Assembly: GCF_004010195.1 (NCBI RefSeq)
Contig: NC_057742.1
Span: forward strand, 25,334,056 to 25,398,055
Origin: Chiloscyllium plagiosum
Taxonomy: Eukaryota
Reading direction: 5' to 3'
Length of the DNA: 64,000 nucleotides
Shown: positions 38,461-51,294 of the stretch, piece after piece
Layout of the letters: each line of letters opens with the position of its first letter
Numbering within the stretch: the stretch's first letter is position 1
Program-made: the position numbers and the translations under genes
The notes under the pieces: generated by a model
The model's database searches: none
The model's input: only the letters and a program-made list of their open reading frames with translations
Told to the model about the DNA's origin: nothing

Positions 38461-38949
38461 ATTATCATAAATTTTGGTGAGACAAAAGCTGAGCCATTCA
38501 GAGAGGTTAACTTTTATACAGTAGATAAGCAAATCATCCAATGTGTACAACTCCAAGTCTGATTTGTAGATCACACAAAATCGTGGTATATAGTTAATAC
38601 ACAGGAAGACTGAGAAATATCATCTTCCTCTATTAATTACATTGCAGGCATCACATAATTGGAAAACAAATGTCAATGTATATAAGTATAAGATAATATA
38701 TTTTAGTAGGAAGAATAAGAAGGTCATTTACAGCAGAAAAATAAAGGCTGGATTTTCAGGCATTGGGGAGAACTCAGTGGATGCTAAAAATGATGATGGG
38801 ATCTGGATCTTGAAGTCCACTTTCAAATTTTGACAACTCCAATTTTTGGCAGTGGGGGAAAGGAGGTGAGTGTCACAGGAGGGAAACCCAAACTGATCAC
38901 ATTTTGGTTTTTACCAGTCTTGATTCACAGTGCAGAAGTCATCATATCT

Positions 38950-39870
38950 CGATGGAGTAGATGTGAATGTTTTTGGACGTTAGTAAGGCCTGTATAAAAT
39001 AAAGACCATATCTTTTTATCTTCCAGTATTTTTGTTTGTGGACTGAAATGGGAAACATATAGTTTTAAAAACCAAAGATTGTGGGAAGGATAGCTTTTCT
39101 TTTACAAAAACAAGTTAACCTGACAATCGTTGTAGAGGTGGTTTACACAGCTGTTTGTTCAAGGAGTGGGAGATGTTTTTTTACAGAAAAGTTTGTATAG
39201 ATGCGTTGTTAAACATCATTGAGAATAATGTCAAGAGTTGGCATTTAAATATATTAAAAGCATATGGAGGAACTGGATAGGATGCAAAAAGCTTTTATTG
39301 GAATGAAATCAGAGCTGAAAGGTTACATTAGTCAGGAAAAGTTGTACAAGCTGTGTAAGTGAGACATAGTTAAAAATCACACAACACCAGGTTATAGTCC
39401 AACAGGTTTAATTGGAAGCACACTAGTTTTCGGAGCGACGCTCCTTCATCAGGTGATTGTGGAGGGCTCGATCGTAACACAGAATTTATAGCAAAAATTG
39501 CTCCAAATCATAAGTGAGACATGACCTGGTAGAAATCTTCAAGATTATTAAAAGCTTTGATAGAGTAGATGTAAAAAAGATATTTCTATTTCTGGGGGAG
39601 TTGAGAACTGAGGACCATAAGTAAAGGATAAGTGTCCAAAAAAATCCACATAGAACTTTTGCAAATCATTCTTTTACTCTGAGATGTAGATCTTATGACC
39701 ACAAAGTGTATTTGAAGTGGATAGTATAGATATATTCAAGAGAGATAATCACATGTGGTGCAAGGAAATAGAAGGATAAGTTGATAAGGTAAGTTGAAGA
39801 AAATGAGGGGGCACTTATGTGAATTACAAAGTTGTATGGACCTCCAGGACTAGAATGGCCTGTTTCTCTG
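38950..39870 (+). mobile_element. Very old CR1 3' region
   Basis: Decayed GDLVEIFKIIKSFDRVD..RTEDHK motif and a GAATGGCCTGTTTC tail. Confidence 0.55.
39368..39510 (-). mobile_element. Short Penelope-like pLTR insert with 12-bp TSD
   Basis: Matches the termini of 17154-18290. TAAGTGAGACAT at 39356-39367 and 39511-39522. Confidence 0.85.
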
Positions 39871-41042
39871 TTGAAAGTACATTATCTCATTATGAACAGA
39901 AAATAAAGACCAATATCTAAATAGCATATTTGGCCACCCTCAAAAATATCTTCACAAAGTCATATACTGCACACATTATGTTTCATCCAATGGATGGGAA
40001 ATGGATGGGAAATCTCCATTTGATTCAGCTGGAAAATTTCCATTTGTAATTTCGGAGGGTCTGGACATATTGGGAATACTTTTCAACTTGCCACTGGAGC
40101 ATAAAACCAGCATTGCAGATCTGATGTTGTCATAAAACGGTCTGTTTTTTTTCATTATGCAGATTTCAAAGAAGTATGTTTGGGCATTTCAGTGATGACC
40201 GCCTGACCTGAAAAGTCAACTTAATAATCCACAATAAGAGGAAAACACTCTTATCAATTCTTCTCTGGAATAAACAGATTAAGCCATACATAAATATGAC
40301 TACATCTGTTTATGTTACAGATACCAGGTCCTTTTGAAATTAGAACCCTGATTGCTAAAGGTATCTTCCTTCTACAGCCTCTGTCTTCTTTGTTTTAGCC
40401 TTTACTAAGTAGAGACTGACCACTTTAGCTCCTTATATCAAATTGATTTTCTTGGGTTACAGATATATCCATCTCCAATGTGCACCAAAATTGTCGCAAT
40501 GAGACTTCTTTCGAGATGATGAAAACAGGCACTAATGTACACCAATTTAAATGCCTAATGCTAACTCTCAATTTGTATCCTAATTACTGGAGGTACTAGA
40601 ATAAATACCAGCAGATTCAGCATGCCTTCAAAAATTAACCAAATTTTGTGAAGCAGCACATGTGGATTCCAAAAACCAATTTCTTCTGAGGTTGTAGAAC
40701 TTGTTTTAGGCATATGGGGTCAGGATACAGGATGGATCAGGGATCAAGAGAATACACATGAATATTCTACAGGAAGTCCTAGTGGAGGTTGTCCAAATAG
40801 AGAAAGACAGATGCTTTGTTCTCTTAGTGTGAGGGGTATGGAGTGGGGACTGGAGAGAATGGCCTTATCCTCCCGTCCCTCTCTCTCTCTGGTGCTACTC
40901 TGCCTGAAGCCATCTCCTTGCCCCATGCCTCCTACAGATCAATGGGACCTGTTAACAAGATGTAAACAGAACCAAACAGTCTTTTTCTCCTGGTGATTCC
41001 TTTAAGGTTCCAACTAAGACAGGAAAGCACAGTACTCACATT

Positions 41043-41105
41043 TTAACATTTCCAGAAATTTTGATAAAGTTTCTCAAAATGTCGACTGACGATTTTAAAA
41101 GTTAC
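41043..41105 (-). CDS. Putative last coding exon of unidentified host gene (VTFKIVSRHFEKLYQNFWKC*)
   Basis: Pyrimidine-rich acceptor ending TTTGAAG. Only the phase-0 frame is open, matching the upstream exon. Consensus donor GTGAGT lies 3 nt after the stop. Confidence 0.5.
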   Translation of the reverse strand, partial: VTFKIVSRHFEKLYQNFWKC

Positions 41106-41415
41106 CTTCAAATCACCAGCAGCAAGTAAACAGCAAAAGAGGATCTGTCTTTAAGTTGTCTTTAAGTTGTACTGGAAATTGTCTACAACAACTAGTTTAT
41201 TTCCAATCACCTGGTTGTTGTCAAGAGGTGAGTAAGGTGAGGGCCCATGGTGTTCAAGGTGAGCTACTGGTATGGATTGGGGATTGGCTGTCTGACAGAA
41301 GGCAGAGAGTTGGGATAAAAAGTTCTTTTTCAGAATGGCAGCTGAAGACAAGTGATGTCCTGCAGGATTCAGTGTGGGAGTCTCAGCTGTTCACTTTATA
41401 TATTAATGATCTGGA

Positions 41416-41745
41416 TGCCCTTCATCAGGAATGAGATTAGGAGCCTCGGGGGTGGAGAGATAAATGGGAGTGGGCTGCAGTGGAGGAGAAGGTAGCTGAG
41501 AGTGCAATAGGTGGATGGAGGTGGGCATAAAGGTGATAGGTTGGCGAGGAAGATGGACCGGATAGGTTAGAAGTAGGATTGAGAGGTGGGACAGGTCAGG
41601 AGGGCGGTGCTGAGCTGGAAGGTTGGAACTGGGGTAAGGTGGGGGGAGGAGAAATGGGGAAACTGGTGAAGTCCACATTGATGCCCTGTGCTTGAAGGGT
41701 CCCGTGGCAGGAGATAAGGCGTTCTTCCTCCAGGTATCGGGTGGT
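41416..41745 (-). mobile_element. Penelope-like 3' fragment nested in CR1
   Basis: GCCCTTCATCAGGAAT terminus, purine-rich body, and reverse EERL..GTLQAQGINVDFTSF GIY-YIG end. Confidence 0.75.
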
Positions 41746-42464
41746 GAGGGAGTGGCAGGTGGTACTGAGAAGGTGAGGAGGCTGCAGAAAGATTTAGACA
41801 GTTTAGGAGAGTGGTGCAGGAAATGGTTGATGAAATTCAACATGAGTAAATGCAAAGTCTTGCACTTTGGAAAAAATAATACATGGACTATTTTCTAAAT
41901 GGTGTGATAATTCATCAAGCTGAAGTACAAAGTGTTCTGGGAATGCTAGTCCAGGATTCTCGAAATGTTAACTTGCAGGTTGAGTCCTTGATTAAGAAAA
42001 CAAATGTAATGTTGTCATTTATCTCAAGAAGGTTGGAATATAAAAGCAGCGATGTGCTTCTGAGACTTTATAAAACTCTAGTTAGGCCCCATTTAGAATG
42101 CTGTGTCCAATTTTGGGCCCCACACCTCAGGAAGGACATACTGGCACTGAAGTATGTCCAGCGGAGATTCACACAGACGATCCCTGGAATGGTAGGCCTA
42201 ACATATGATGAATGGTTGAGGATCGTGGGATTGTATTCATTAGAGTTTAGAAGGTTAAGGGGAGATCTAATAGAAACTTACAAGATAATGCATGGCTTAG
42301 AAAGGGTGGACTCTGGGAAGTTGTTCCCATTAGGCGGGGAGACTAGGACCCATGGGCACAGCCTCAGAATTAGAGGGGGTCAAATTAAAATGGAAATGGG
42401 GAGACATTTCTTCAACCAGAGAGTGGTGGGCCTGTGGAATTAATTGCCATGGAGCGCAGTGGAA

Positions 42465-42760
42465 GCCAGAACTAGAGGTCAGAGGTTTAGGGTGAGAGGG
42501 GAAAGATATAAACGAGACCTAAGGGGCAACTTTTTCACGCAGAGGTATATGTATGGAATGAGCTGCCAGAGGAACTGGTGGGGGCTGGTACAATTGCAAC
42601 ATTTAAGAGGCAATTGGATGGGTATATGAATAGGAAGGGTTTGGAGGGATATGGGCCGGGTGCTGGCAAGTGGGACTAGATTGGATTGGGATATCTGGTC
42701 GGCATGGACGGGTTGGATCGAAGGGTCTGTTTCCATGCTGTACATCTCTATGACTCTATG
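42465..42760 (+). mobile_element. HER1 3' fragment nested in CR1
   Basis: Repeats the TRG..RGNFFTQR segment with the HER1 tail. The host CR1 resumes at TTAAATGTCTTCAAGG. Confidence 0.88.
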
Positions 42761-43399
42761 TTAAATGTCTTCAAGGCAGAGACTGATAAATTCTTGATCT
42801 TGCAAGGAATTAAGGGCTATGGGGAGAGTGCGGGTAAATGGAATTGAAATACCCATCAGCCATGGTTAAATGGCGGAGTGGACTCGATGGGCCAAATAGT
42901 CTAACTTCCACTCCTATGTCTTATGGTCTTATAGGAGAAAGTGGATCAAAAGCTATTTATGGAAATGTCACACAATCTCTATAATGAGCACAAGCAGGCA
43001 ATCTAAGTGGCAGTTAGCCTCTTTACAATCTTCCAATCAACTTTCCGAACAAATACTTCAGCACTTTTATCAGGGCAGTGTTCTGCATCAAATCTGAGCT
43101 TAGGGCCCCACCTTGACTGCATCACAAGTTCTTTAGTGCCTGAAGGAGCCATCAAAAATACAAAGTTCTTGGGGAAGCTGAAAAATGTTATTAAAGTGGT
43201 AATGATTTGAAATTATCCAGATATGTTTACATCTAACAGATTAACATCTTGAACAGCTCTTCTGTTATTCCACTATTGACCCTAATATAGACCTAGGAGA
43301 GATACCGTTCATATGTTCCATTACATACAAAGCTTTAAAGCTGTCTCTTAAATGGATTGCTATCCATTTCACCAGGACTGTGTCTTAATTTTAAATTAT

Positions 43400-43690
43400 T
43401 GAATCCCTACAGTGTGGAAGCACGCTCTTTGAGCTCACAATGACACTCCAAAGAGCATCCCATCCAGACCCATCTCCTCTAACCCTGCAGTTCCCATGGC
43501 CAATCCACCTAGCCTGTACACTATTGGCAATTTAGCATAGCCAATCCAACTAACCTGCATGTTTTTGGACTGTGGGAGGAAACCCACACGGACACAGGAG
43601 AACGTGCAAACTCCACACAGTCACCCGAAACTTGAATCGAACCCAGGTCCCTAGCACTGTGAGGTACCACCCATTGAGCCACAGTACCAT
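43400..43690 (-). mobile_element. HE1-type SINE (older)
   Basis: Matches the family on the reverse strand. Confidence 0.85.
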
Positions 43691-44162
43691 CTTTTCAACA
43701 AATCAGCAAACCTTAGTGCAAATACTTTACTAAATGCCCTGGTCATTGCTTTTAACAAGTAATTCTGTGATTTGGAGCAGGGAGAAAAATAGAGGCACAA
43801 TTTGATTCAAAGCAAAACAGTTAGTGCAGTTCCACATCCTTTTTACCCTCACTTGGGGTTAGGGATACTGAGATTGCATGATTAGCCATGTTCATGTTGA
43901 ATGGTAGTGCAGGCTCAAACGGCCGAAAGGCCTACTCCTGCACCTATTTTCTATGTTTCTAAATTTTTTCTGCATGTCTGCAACTACAGAGTCCATCCTA
44001 CAACAAAACACTGACAGACATATGTACACTGCTTTTCCAAGTCGTAAGTAATTCTTAGATAGCCATTTTTACACACTATGAGCTCCCAAACTTCAAAACA
44101 AAGGCTGCTCTTAACTTAGCAATGCAAGAGTCTTCCTTACTGACTTTCATTTCCCTCTATAC

Positions 44163-44279
44163 TGGTAGCTCATTCCCAATGAGTGATTCAAAAGCCTGAT
44201 ACAGTCTGGCTATATGCCGTGCTGGCACTGACCATATCTTCTTATCTGTTTCATAATAGATAGAGATAGTCATTATCTT
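44163..44279 (-). CDS. Putative exon of unidentified host gene (KIMTISIYYETDKKIWSVPARHIARLYQAFESLIGNELP)
   Basis: Strong acceptor GTATTTTTACTGCAG, 117 bp, phase 0-0, unique sequence. Donor GTATAG is weak; read-through gives V* at 44157. Confidence 0.7.
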
Positions 44280-45189
44280 CTGCAGTAAAAATACAACTAA
44301 GCTTTTTATTTCAATCCAGATGACAAAGCTCTTTCTTACTGTTGTTCTTTGCAATCACCTCAGATGAAGAGCAATGATTATTGTTCCAATCAGATTGACA
44401 CAAAGCTCAAAATAATCTACGCTGCAGTAGTTCCATATTACTATCATAATATCCGGTTTCTTTATGTCAGTTTCACATCATTCATGCTGTATTGACATCA
44501 TTACATTGTAAATCAGTGATTTGCATCCTCATCATTAAAATTGTTCTCGAGAACATTTTTTTATCCAAATGTGTAAGTTATTAATCTATGCCATGGTGTT
44601 AAATCAATTTTACATCATTTAATTTTATTGAATCCACTTCATTTATTTATAACACAAGGTTTGAAAGCTGAGGAATTCCCAAGATACCAACAATAATGTA
44701 TCAGGAACAATAGTGGAAGAGGAAAGAGGTATTCAATGTGTTTATTTGTTCAGACTAAACAAATCTAGGTAATTTCAAATTAACCAGAATTTAATATAAG
44801 CATTATGCACTATCAAATATAAACCCAAAAAACTTGGATATACAGATCAGTGTAAGATCAATTTCCCAATTCTACTTCATTTTTAGCTTTCATTAATGCT
44901 ACTTCTGTTTTCTCCCTTGATTTTCTACTCAATACCATGGACCTTGGTGGTTCATTAGATTCCAGCATAATTCGCCTCATCTCTGTTCCACTAGACCAAT
45001 CTTTACCCTGCTGCAGTTGATCTGGTCTTTGCTGTCTGAGTTTGCTTCTGCTCCTCCAAATGTATTTTTCCTGTCCAAATGATTCTCTGATTCTGATCAC
45101 TGCAACCTCCTCCTGTGTCTGCACAATTGGTCTCTTGATTATTCCCTTTCTCCTTCAACTTGCTGGAATTCACTGAACATTATTTAGAC

Positions 45190-45520
45190 AGAGGAAACAC
45201 AGGAAAAATGTCCCTGATAACTGGAAGATCAGACCCGGGGTCATTGTCTAAGGATACTAGGTGGGCCATTGAAGACTGAGATCAGGTGAAATTTCTTCAC
45301 CCCAGACAGTGGTGAGCCTATGGAATTCTCTGGCACAGAAAACAATTAAGGCCAAATTATTGAATGTTTTCAAGAAGGAGTTAGATATAATTCTTAGAGG
45401 GAAAGGGATCAAAGGTTATGGGGAGCAAGCAGGAACAGGGTTGGATGGCGATCCAACTTATTGAATGGTGGAGCAGTCTCAAGATACTGAACGGCCTACT
45501 CCTGTTCCTATTCTCTAAGC
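45190..45520 (+). mobile_element. Old CR1 3' end
   Basis: TTCTTCACCC..GTGGTGAGCCTATGGAATTC and a TTGAATGGTGGAGCAG tail. Confidence 0.75.
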
Positions 45521-45982
45521 TTTAGCATCATCTTCCCTTAGCGCTTCGGCAGATATGCTGCTCCTCAGATTGATATTTTTCTTTAATGACTACTCAAATT
45601 TTACCCGCCCGCCCGCAAACAAACCTTATTTCATTACATTTTCCTCCCCTCCGTTCTCTTGAGTTTGGAAGGATTATCTTTTTACCATTTGCTGTCATCT
45701 TAAAATTTCCCCCATTTCATCTACATCACTGTCATATTTTTATGAATCAGAATCTCTTTGTGACCATTTGCTTTGTTGCCATGCCAATGCTGAGCACAGT
45801 ACACCATTATTTCTCATTAGTTTTCCGAGAACTCTAATCTCCTTTTCTTTCCTTTGACCCAGTTATGCATCTTTAACTTTCACCTTCCCTGGCAAAAAGC
45901 CTTGCTCCCATCAGCGCTACCTTCTAACCTTCACCTGCTATCCTGCTGAATCTCAGCTGAACATGTGAATGATGACATGATG

Positions 45983-46525
45983 ATGGCGTAGTGGTAATGT
46001 CACTAAACTAGCAACTCAGAAATCCAATGCTGCAGCTAGTGGAATTCAAATTTGATGAATAAAATTTGGATTATAACATTAATCTTAACAATGAATGAAA
46101 GTCTTTTTGATTGTTTTTAAAAAAAATTTGTTTCATTAATGTCCTTTAAAGAGGAAATCCTTACCTGTTTAGCCTACACGTGAGGAGAAAGTGAGGACTT
46201 CAGATGCTGGAGATCAGAGCTGAAAATGTGTTGCTGGAAAAGCGCAGCAGGTCAGGCAGCATCCAAGGAGGAGAATCGACGTTTCGGGCATATGCCCTTC
46301 TTCATTCCTGAAGAAGGGCTCATACCCGAAACGTCGATTCTCCTGCTCCTTGGATGCTGCCTGACCTGCTGCACTTTTCTAGCCTACATGTGACTCCAGA
46401 CCACAGTAATGTGATTGATTCTTAGCTGCTGTCTCAAATGGCACAGCAAGCTATTCGTTTGCAGGGCAATTAGGGATGGGTTACAAACACTGGTCTTCCC
46501 AGCAACACCCACATCTGCTGAAAGG
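45983..46525 (+). mobile_element. Deu-domain SINE (SacSINE1-like), interrupted by a Penelope-like insert
   Basis: GATGGCGTAGTGGTAATGTCACT head, core, and GGGCAATTAGGGATGGG..CCCACATC tail. Confidence 0.7.
46184..46379. mobile_element. Short fold-back Penelope-like pLTR insert with 14-bp TSD
   Basis: 46237-46304 and 46309-46379 form a near-perfect inverted repeat. TAGCCTACA(C/T)GTGA at 46170-46183 and 46380-46393. Confidence 0.88.
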
Positions 46526-46529
46526 AAAA

Positions 46530-46885
46530 GGGCAGCATGGTGACTAAGTGGTTAGCACTGCTGCCTCACAGCACCAGGGACCTTGGTTTAATGCCAGCCT
46601 CAGGTGACTGTCTGTGTGAAGGTTGCACATTCTCTCCGTGTCTACGTGGGTTTCCTCCAGTTGCCCTGATTTCCTACCACAGTCCAAAGGTGTGCATGTT
46701 AGATGGATTGGCCATGCTAAATTGCCAATGGTGTCCAGGGCTGTTCAAACTAAGAGATTAGCTATGGGAAATACAGGGTTTCAGGGATCGGGTGGGTCGA
46801 GGAAGAATGCTCTTTGAAGGGTCAGTGTGGACATGATGGGCCAAATGGCACGTTTCCATACAGTTGGGATTCTATGATTCTATGA
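46530..46885 (+). mobile_element. HE1-related SINE, older subfamily
   Basis: AGTGGTTAGCACTGCTGCCTCACAG head and (TTCTATGA)n tail. Confidence 0.82.
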
Positions 46886-47139
46886 ATAAAAACAATCTAT
46901 CTTTACTGATGCCTTTACAACTCTCCATTGGGCCAACATGGTACCTGTTATTGGAATAATGATCCCAAACATCTCCATTCCTGTTGGCCAAATTGTCCAG
47001 AGTGCTCCTTATTATGGGAGGGTGAGATCAGTCTCCTCCCAAACCTATTTCTACCTACTCTTGTTGTCAGCAGTAGATTAATAACCACTGCTCCTTCCAA
47101 AATGTTTTTACCAGTCACAAGCAATCTACATAGTCTCAC

Positions 47140-48885
47140 ATAGGTCCATAAGGTATAAGTAGCAGAATTAGGCCATTCATCCCATCGATTTTGCTTTGCC
47201 ATTTAATCATGGCCGATATTTTCTCAATACCATTCTCCTGCCTTTTCCCTATAACCCTTGATCCCCTTACTAATCACTTGGCCTCCACACCCCTGTGCGG
47301 TGATGAATTCTACAGATTCACTACCCTCTGGATGAAGAAATTCCTCATCTCAGTTCTAAAGAGTCATCCCTTCACTCTGAGGCTGTAGCCTCTGTGGCCT
47401 AGTCTCTCCTACTAGTGGAAACATTTTATCCACATCTACTCTATTTAGACCTCTCAGTATTCTCTAAGTTTCAATGTGATCCCTCTTCATCCTTCTAAAC
47501 TCCACTGAGTACAGACCAGACTCCTCAACTGGTCCACATATGACAAGGCCTTCATCCCTGAGATCATTCTTGTAAACCTTCTCTGGACTCCATCCAACAT
47601 CAGCACATCCTTCCTTAGATACAGGGACTGAAAGTGCTCACAATATTCCAAATGCCAACTGACCAAACCCTTATACAACCACAGCAGTACATCCCTGCTC
47701 TTGTATTCCAACATTCCTGAAATAAATACTAATATTGCCTTAAGAGAATCCTGAACTAGCATTCCTCAGTAGCTGTGTGCTTCATATTTCCAAAGCCTTT
47801 CCCTGCTTAGAAAATAGTCTACGCCTCTATTCTTCTGACCAGAGTGCATTACATCAAACTCTCCCACATTGTGCTCCATCTTCCACTTATTTGCCCAATG
47901 TCCTCATTTGTCCCAGTCCTGCACCCTCTTTGTTTTTCTCTTAAGGTTAATATGCAGGTTCAGTTGGCAGTTAGGAAGTTAAATGCAATGTTAGCATTCA
48001 TTTCAAGATGGTCAGAATGTAAGAGCAAAGATGTACTACTGAGGCTGTTTCAGGCACTTATCAGACCACATTTGGAATATTGTGAGCAATTTTGGACCCT
48101 GTACCGAAGAAAGAATGTGCTGGCATTGTGGGGGAGTTCAGAGGAGGTTTATATGAATGATTCAGCGCTTGTCATGGGGGAATGGTCGAGGACTCTGAGT
48201 CTGTACTCAATGGAGTTTAAACGGATGAGTGGGGATGTGATTGAAACTCAGAATATCGAGAGTCCTGGACAGAGTGGACATGGAGAAAATGTTTCCACCA
48301 GTAGGAGAGATTAGTTCCCAAGGGGACAGATTCAGATTGAAAGGATGACCCTTTCGAATTGAAATGAGAAAGAATTTCTTCAGCAAAGGGTAGTGAATCT
48401 GTGGAACTCACTACTGCAGAGGGCTGTGGAGGCCAAGTCATTGACTGTATTTAAGACAGAGATAGATAGGTTCTTAATTGGTAAGGGGATCAAGCATTAT
48501 TGGGAGAAAGCAGGAGAATAGGGTTGAGTAATATATCAGCCATGATGCAATGATGGAGCAGACTTGATTGGTTGAAAGGCCTAATTCAGCTCCTGTGTCT
48601 TATGATCTAAACAGGGGTATTACATTAGGCATTTTCCAGTCGTCTGGCACCCTCCCTGACTCCAGTAATTCATGAAAGATCACCAACAATGCCTCTCTAA
48701 TTTCCTCAGCTATTTCCTTCAGAACCCTCGGGTATAATCCATCTGGTCTGGGCTATTTACTCACCTTTAGACCTTTCAGCTTCACCAGTAGCTTCTCCTT
48801 AGTGATGGTCACTACACTCATCTTGCCCCCGACTCTCTTGAAGTCCTGGTATGCTACTGATGTCTTCCAGGGTGAAGATTGATGC
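47140..48885. mobile_element. CR1 cluster: minus-strand copy (47140-47925, 48615-48885) with a plus-strand copy (47930-48610) inside
   Basis: LEYKSRDVLL..HLEYC motifs on both strands (ORFs 47487-47762 minus and 47844-48314 plus), with tails at opposite ends. Confidence 0.85.
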
Positions 48886-48951
48886 ACAGCCGGTGATAGT
48901 ATTGAGAATGTGGTGGGAGTACAGTGTCAGTGCTGCTAAGGCTAAATAAGT

Positions 48952-49572
48952 AAGTATGTAAGTTAGCCCACTGAACTTGAAGGTTTGTTTTCAGATGTTT
49001 CATCACCATACTAGGTAACATCATCAGTGGGAGTCTCTGGTGAAGCTCTGGTGGTATGTCCCGCCTCTCTTTATAGATCTTGGTTTCTTAAGGTGGGTGA
49101 TGTCATTTCCAATTTTTTTTTTCAAGGGAAGGTAAATAGGATCTAAATCGAAGTGTGCTGTGTTTGTGGCCACCAAAAGACATGACGCACTATTAATAGT
49201 TTGTATACATTCAGACAAAGAAGAACATCATTTTGACTGGGACAACACACACATCCTAGGACAGGTGAAACAAAGACATGCGCAAGAATTCTTAGAGGCA
49301 CGGCATTCTAACCAGAAATCCATCAATAAACACATCAATTTAGATCCTATCTACCTTCCCTTGAAAAAAACAGAAATGACATCACCCACCTTAAGAAACC
49401 AACACCTATAAATAGAGAGGTGGGCACATATCACCAGTGTTTCACCAGACACTCTCACTGATGATGTTACCTAGTATGGTGACAAAATGTCTGAAAACAA
49501 ACCTTCAAGCTCAGCGAGCTAACTTACATACTTATCATCAACCTGAGCTACAAATCTTCTCAAAAATCTCTA
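48952..49572 (+). mobile_element. Penelope-like element, 5'-truncated, inverted pLTR, 11-bp TSD
   Basis: ORF 49160-49411 (HHFDWDNTHILG..EFLEA..SINKHI) is a GIY-YIG C-terminus. 48952-49157 is an inverted copy of 49330-49534. GCTAAATAAGT at 48941-48951 and 49573-49583. Confidence 0.92.
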
Positions 49573-51294
49573 GCTAAATAAGTCAGTTAAAAACATCTGT
49601 TAGTGTTTTGGACTATACTTTGATTATTTGAAGTTTTATTGAATCCTCTATTTCTGCCTAATATACTTGGAATAATTGATAGTTCCCAGAAGCACTGCTT
49701 CCTTTTATATCTTCCTTTGATTAATTGCTTGTAATTAATTAGCAAATATCTGTTGTGTATATAATACTGCTAATATGTCCTCAGTGAATGAGTACGGGGT
49801 AATAATATGTGCCTCACTGGAAGGAAATCCATGTGAATTTTGTGTAAATTTAGGCTGGAAGCGCTAAAAGGCATATGCTAACCGCATAAATAGGCCCCCA
49901 TAATGGAAGCAGAGACATGAATAATCATCATATCCTCATTGCGATTTAGGTAGCAATATTCGATTTGGCTTACCTGTCCTTTTTCAATAGCCTTGTCATG
50001 CAGCCTGAGTCATGTTTTGTTGCACACGTCTCACAGAGGGTTCTGTATCAGGGTGGCTAACACATTTCAAAGGCAACCTTTGCCTCCTTAAAGGGTGGCG
50101 CATCCTGGCTAAAGGGAGTTTTTGTAAAGTCAATCCATACTGTGAATCTTCGAGAAATGAATGAGATATGAAACAGAGTAAGCGTCATAGTATTCTGACA
50201 ATGCACCGATCGTCTTGACGCAAGACATGGAAGGAAGGAGATATCATGTGTGAATGGAAACACTGATAGAATCAGGACCCCTGTTAAGAGTGCATAATCC
50301 TGGCCACACAGTTAATCAGACATTGACTTGCTGTTTTGAGTTAAATACAAGTGACACACAGGACTACCAGAGACTGAATGAGTTGTGTTGGGTTCAAAGA
50401 TAATGGACATTTTCCTGCATGAATCTTTGACTAGTGCTACATCCCAGCTGTACACTGAAGGCCAAGTTCACATGACATGCAGTTGTAGGAATCTACAGGC
50501 AGTTGAAAGCACCATGCACCTTGGAAATGCTTACAATTTGTGTGAATCCTCATGCTCATTCTTCTAACCTGTATTTGGCAAAAGGGAAAGCGACGTAACT
50601 TTTTCTCTCTATATAGAGAGCCAGAGTGAGGGCCTTCATGCAGCAATACACTCACTGAGATGTTGCTTGTATCTACAGATGCAGCTTGGAAAGACCAGGT
50701 ACATAATGTTATGAAGAACAGTTAACTTTAGAGCAACAGGAATGCATTCCTTGCCCTTGCTCTAAGGTGTGGTCAAGGCCTCCACGATTAATAATTTTCA
50801 GTCATGGCATTATTTTGTGAAGTCAAGCTGTCTCCTGGGTTAGCTCTGGACTGAAGCAGAGTTAAGAGAATTGCACCTAATGACTCTCAGCAAATACCAT
50901 CAGCTGCTAACAGACTTCTTCCCTTTTCCTGCACTTTTCTTGCAGCCCGCCCTACTCTGCATGACTTTTTTCATTCAATCTCCCAAAGGTGGGTTATCAG
51001 CTCATCTGCTTTAGGAAGTTTCAACACAAGATAGATGAAAAAGTAATATTTCAGTCAAGTAAATGAGCTAATCAAACATTAGCCAAGCAACAAAAAGCTC
51101 CAAAAATACATCTGGTACAATTGGACAATTCATTCCTTTCCCCATTGGAAGCCACAGCCCAACAATTAATTAGTAAGCTATTTTCTTTCTCCTTAACTAA
51201 CTCTGATGGTGGGGACTGTTGATTGCACTCAATGTTTTTTCTGCTGTGGGAGGGTAAGTAAGGACACAGCTGTAGTGTGGCATTTGAAATGACG

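Larger units (their letters stand above)
41220..42932 (+). mobile_element. CR1 LINE RT/3' region with two nested insertions
   Basis: WIGDWLSDRRQRV, LYINDLD, RLQKDLDSL..W.MKFN.SKC and VRPHLECCVQFWAP, plus tail CTCCTATGTCTTATGGTCTTAT. Confidence 0.92.

Noticed and set aside
45008-45174. Minus-strand open segment (NSSKLKEKGNNQ..RSTAAG) bounded by AG/GTAAAG
   Set aside because: Phase 1-2 cannot join the phase-0 exon at 44279. Purine-rich composition makes openness uninformative.
49974-50147. Strong minus-strand donor CAG|GTAAGC with an upstream acceptor
   Set aside because: Stops in the tested frames before the donor, and the region looks like a decayed repeat.
50535-50568. Minus-strand 34-bp exon candidate (VRRMSMRIHTN) with good AG/GTAAGC signals
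   Set aside because: Phase 0-1 breaks the 55004-to-44279 frame, and I found no compensating exon set.
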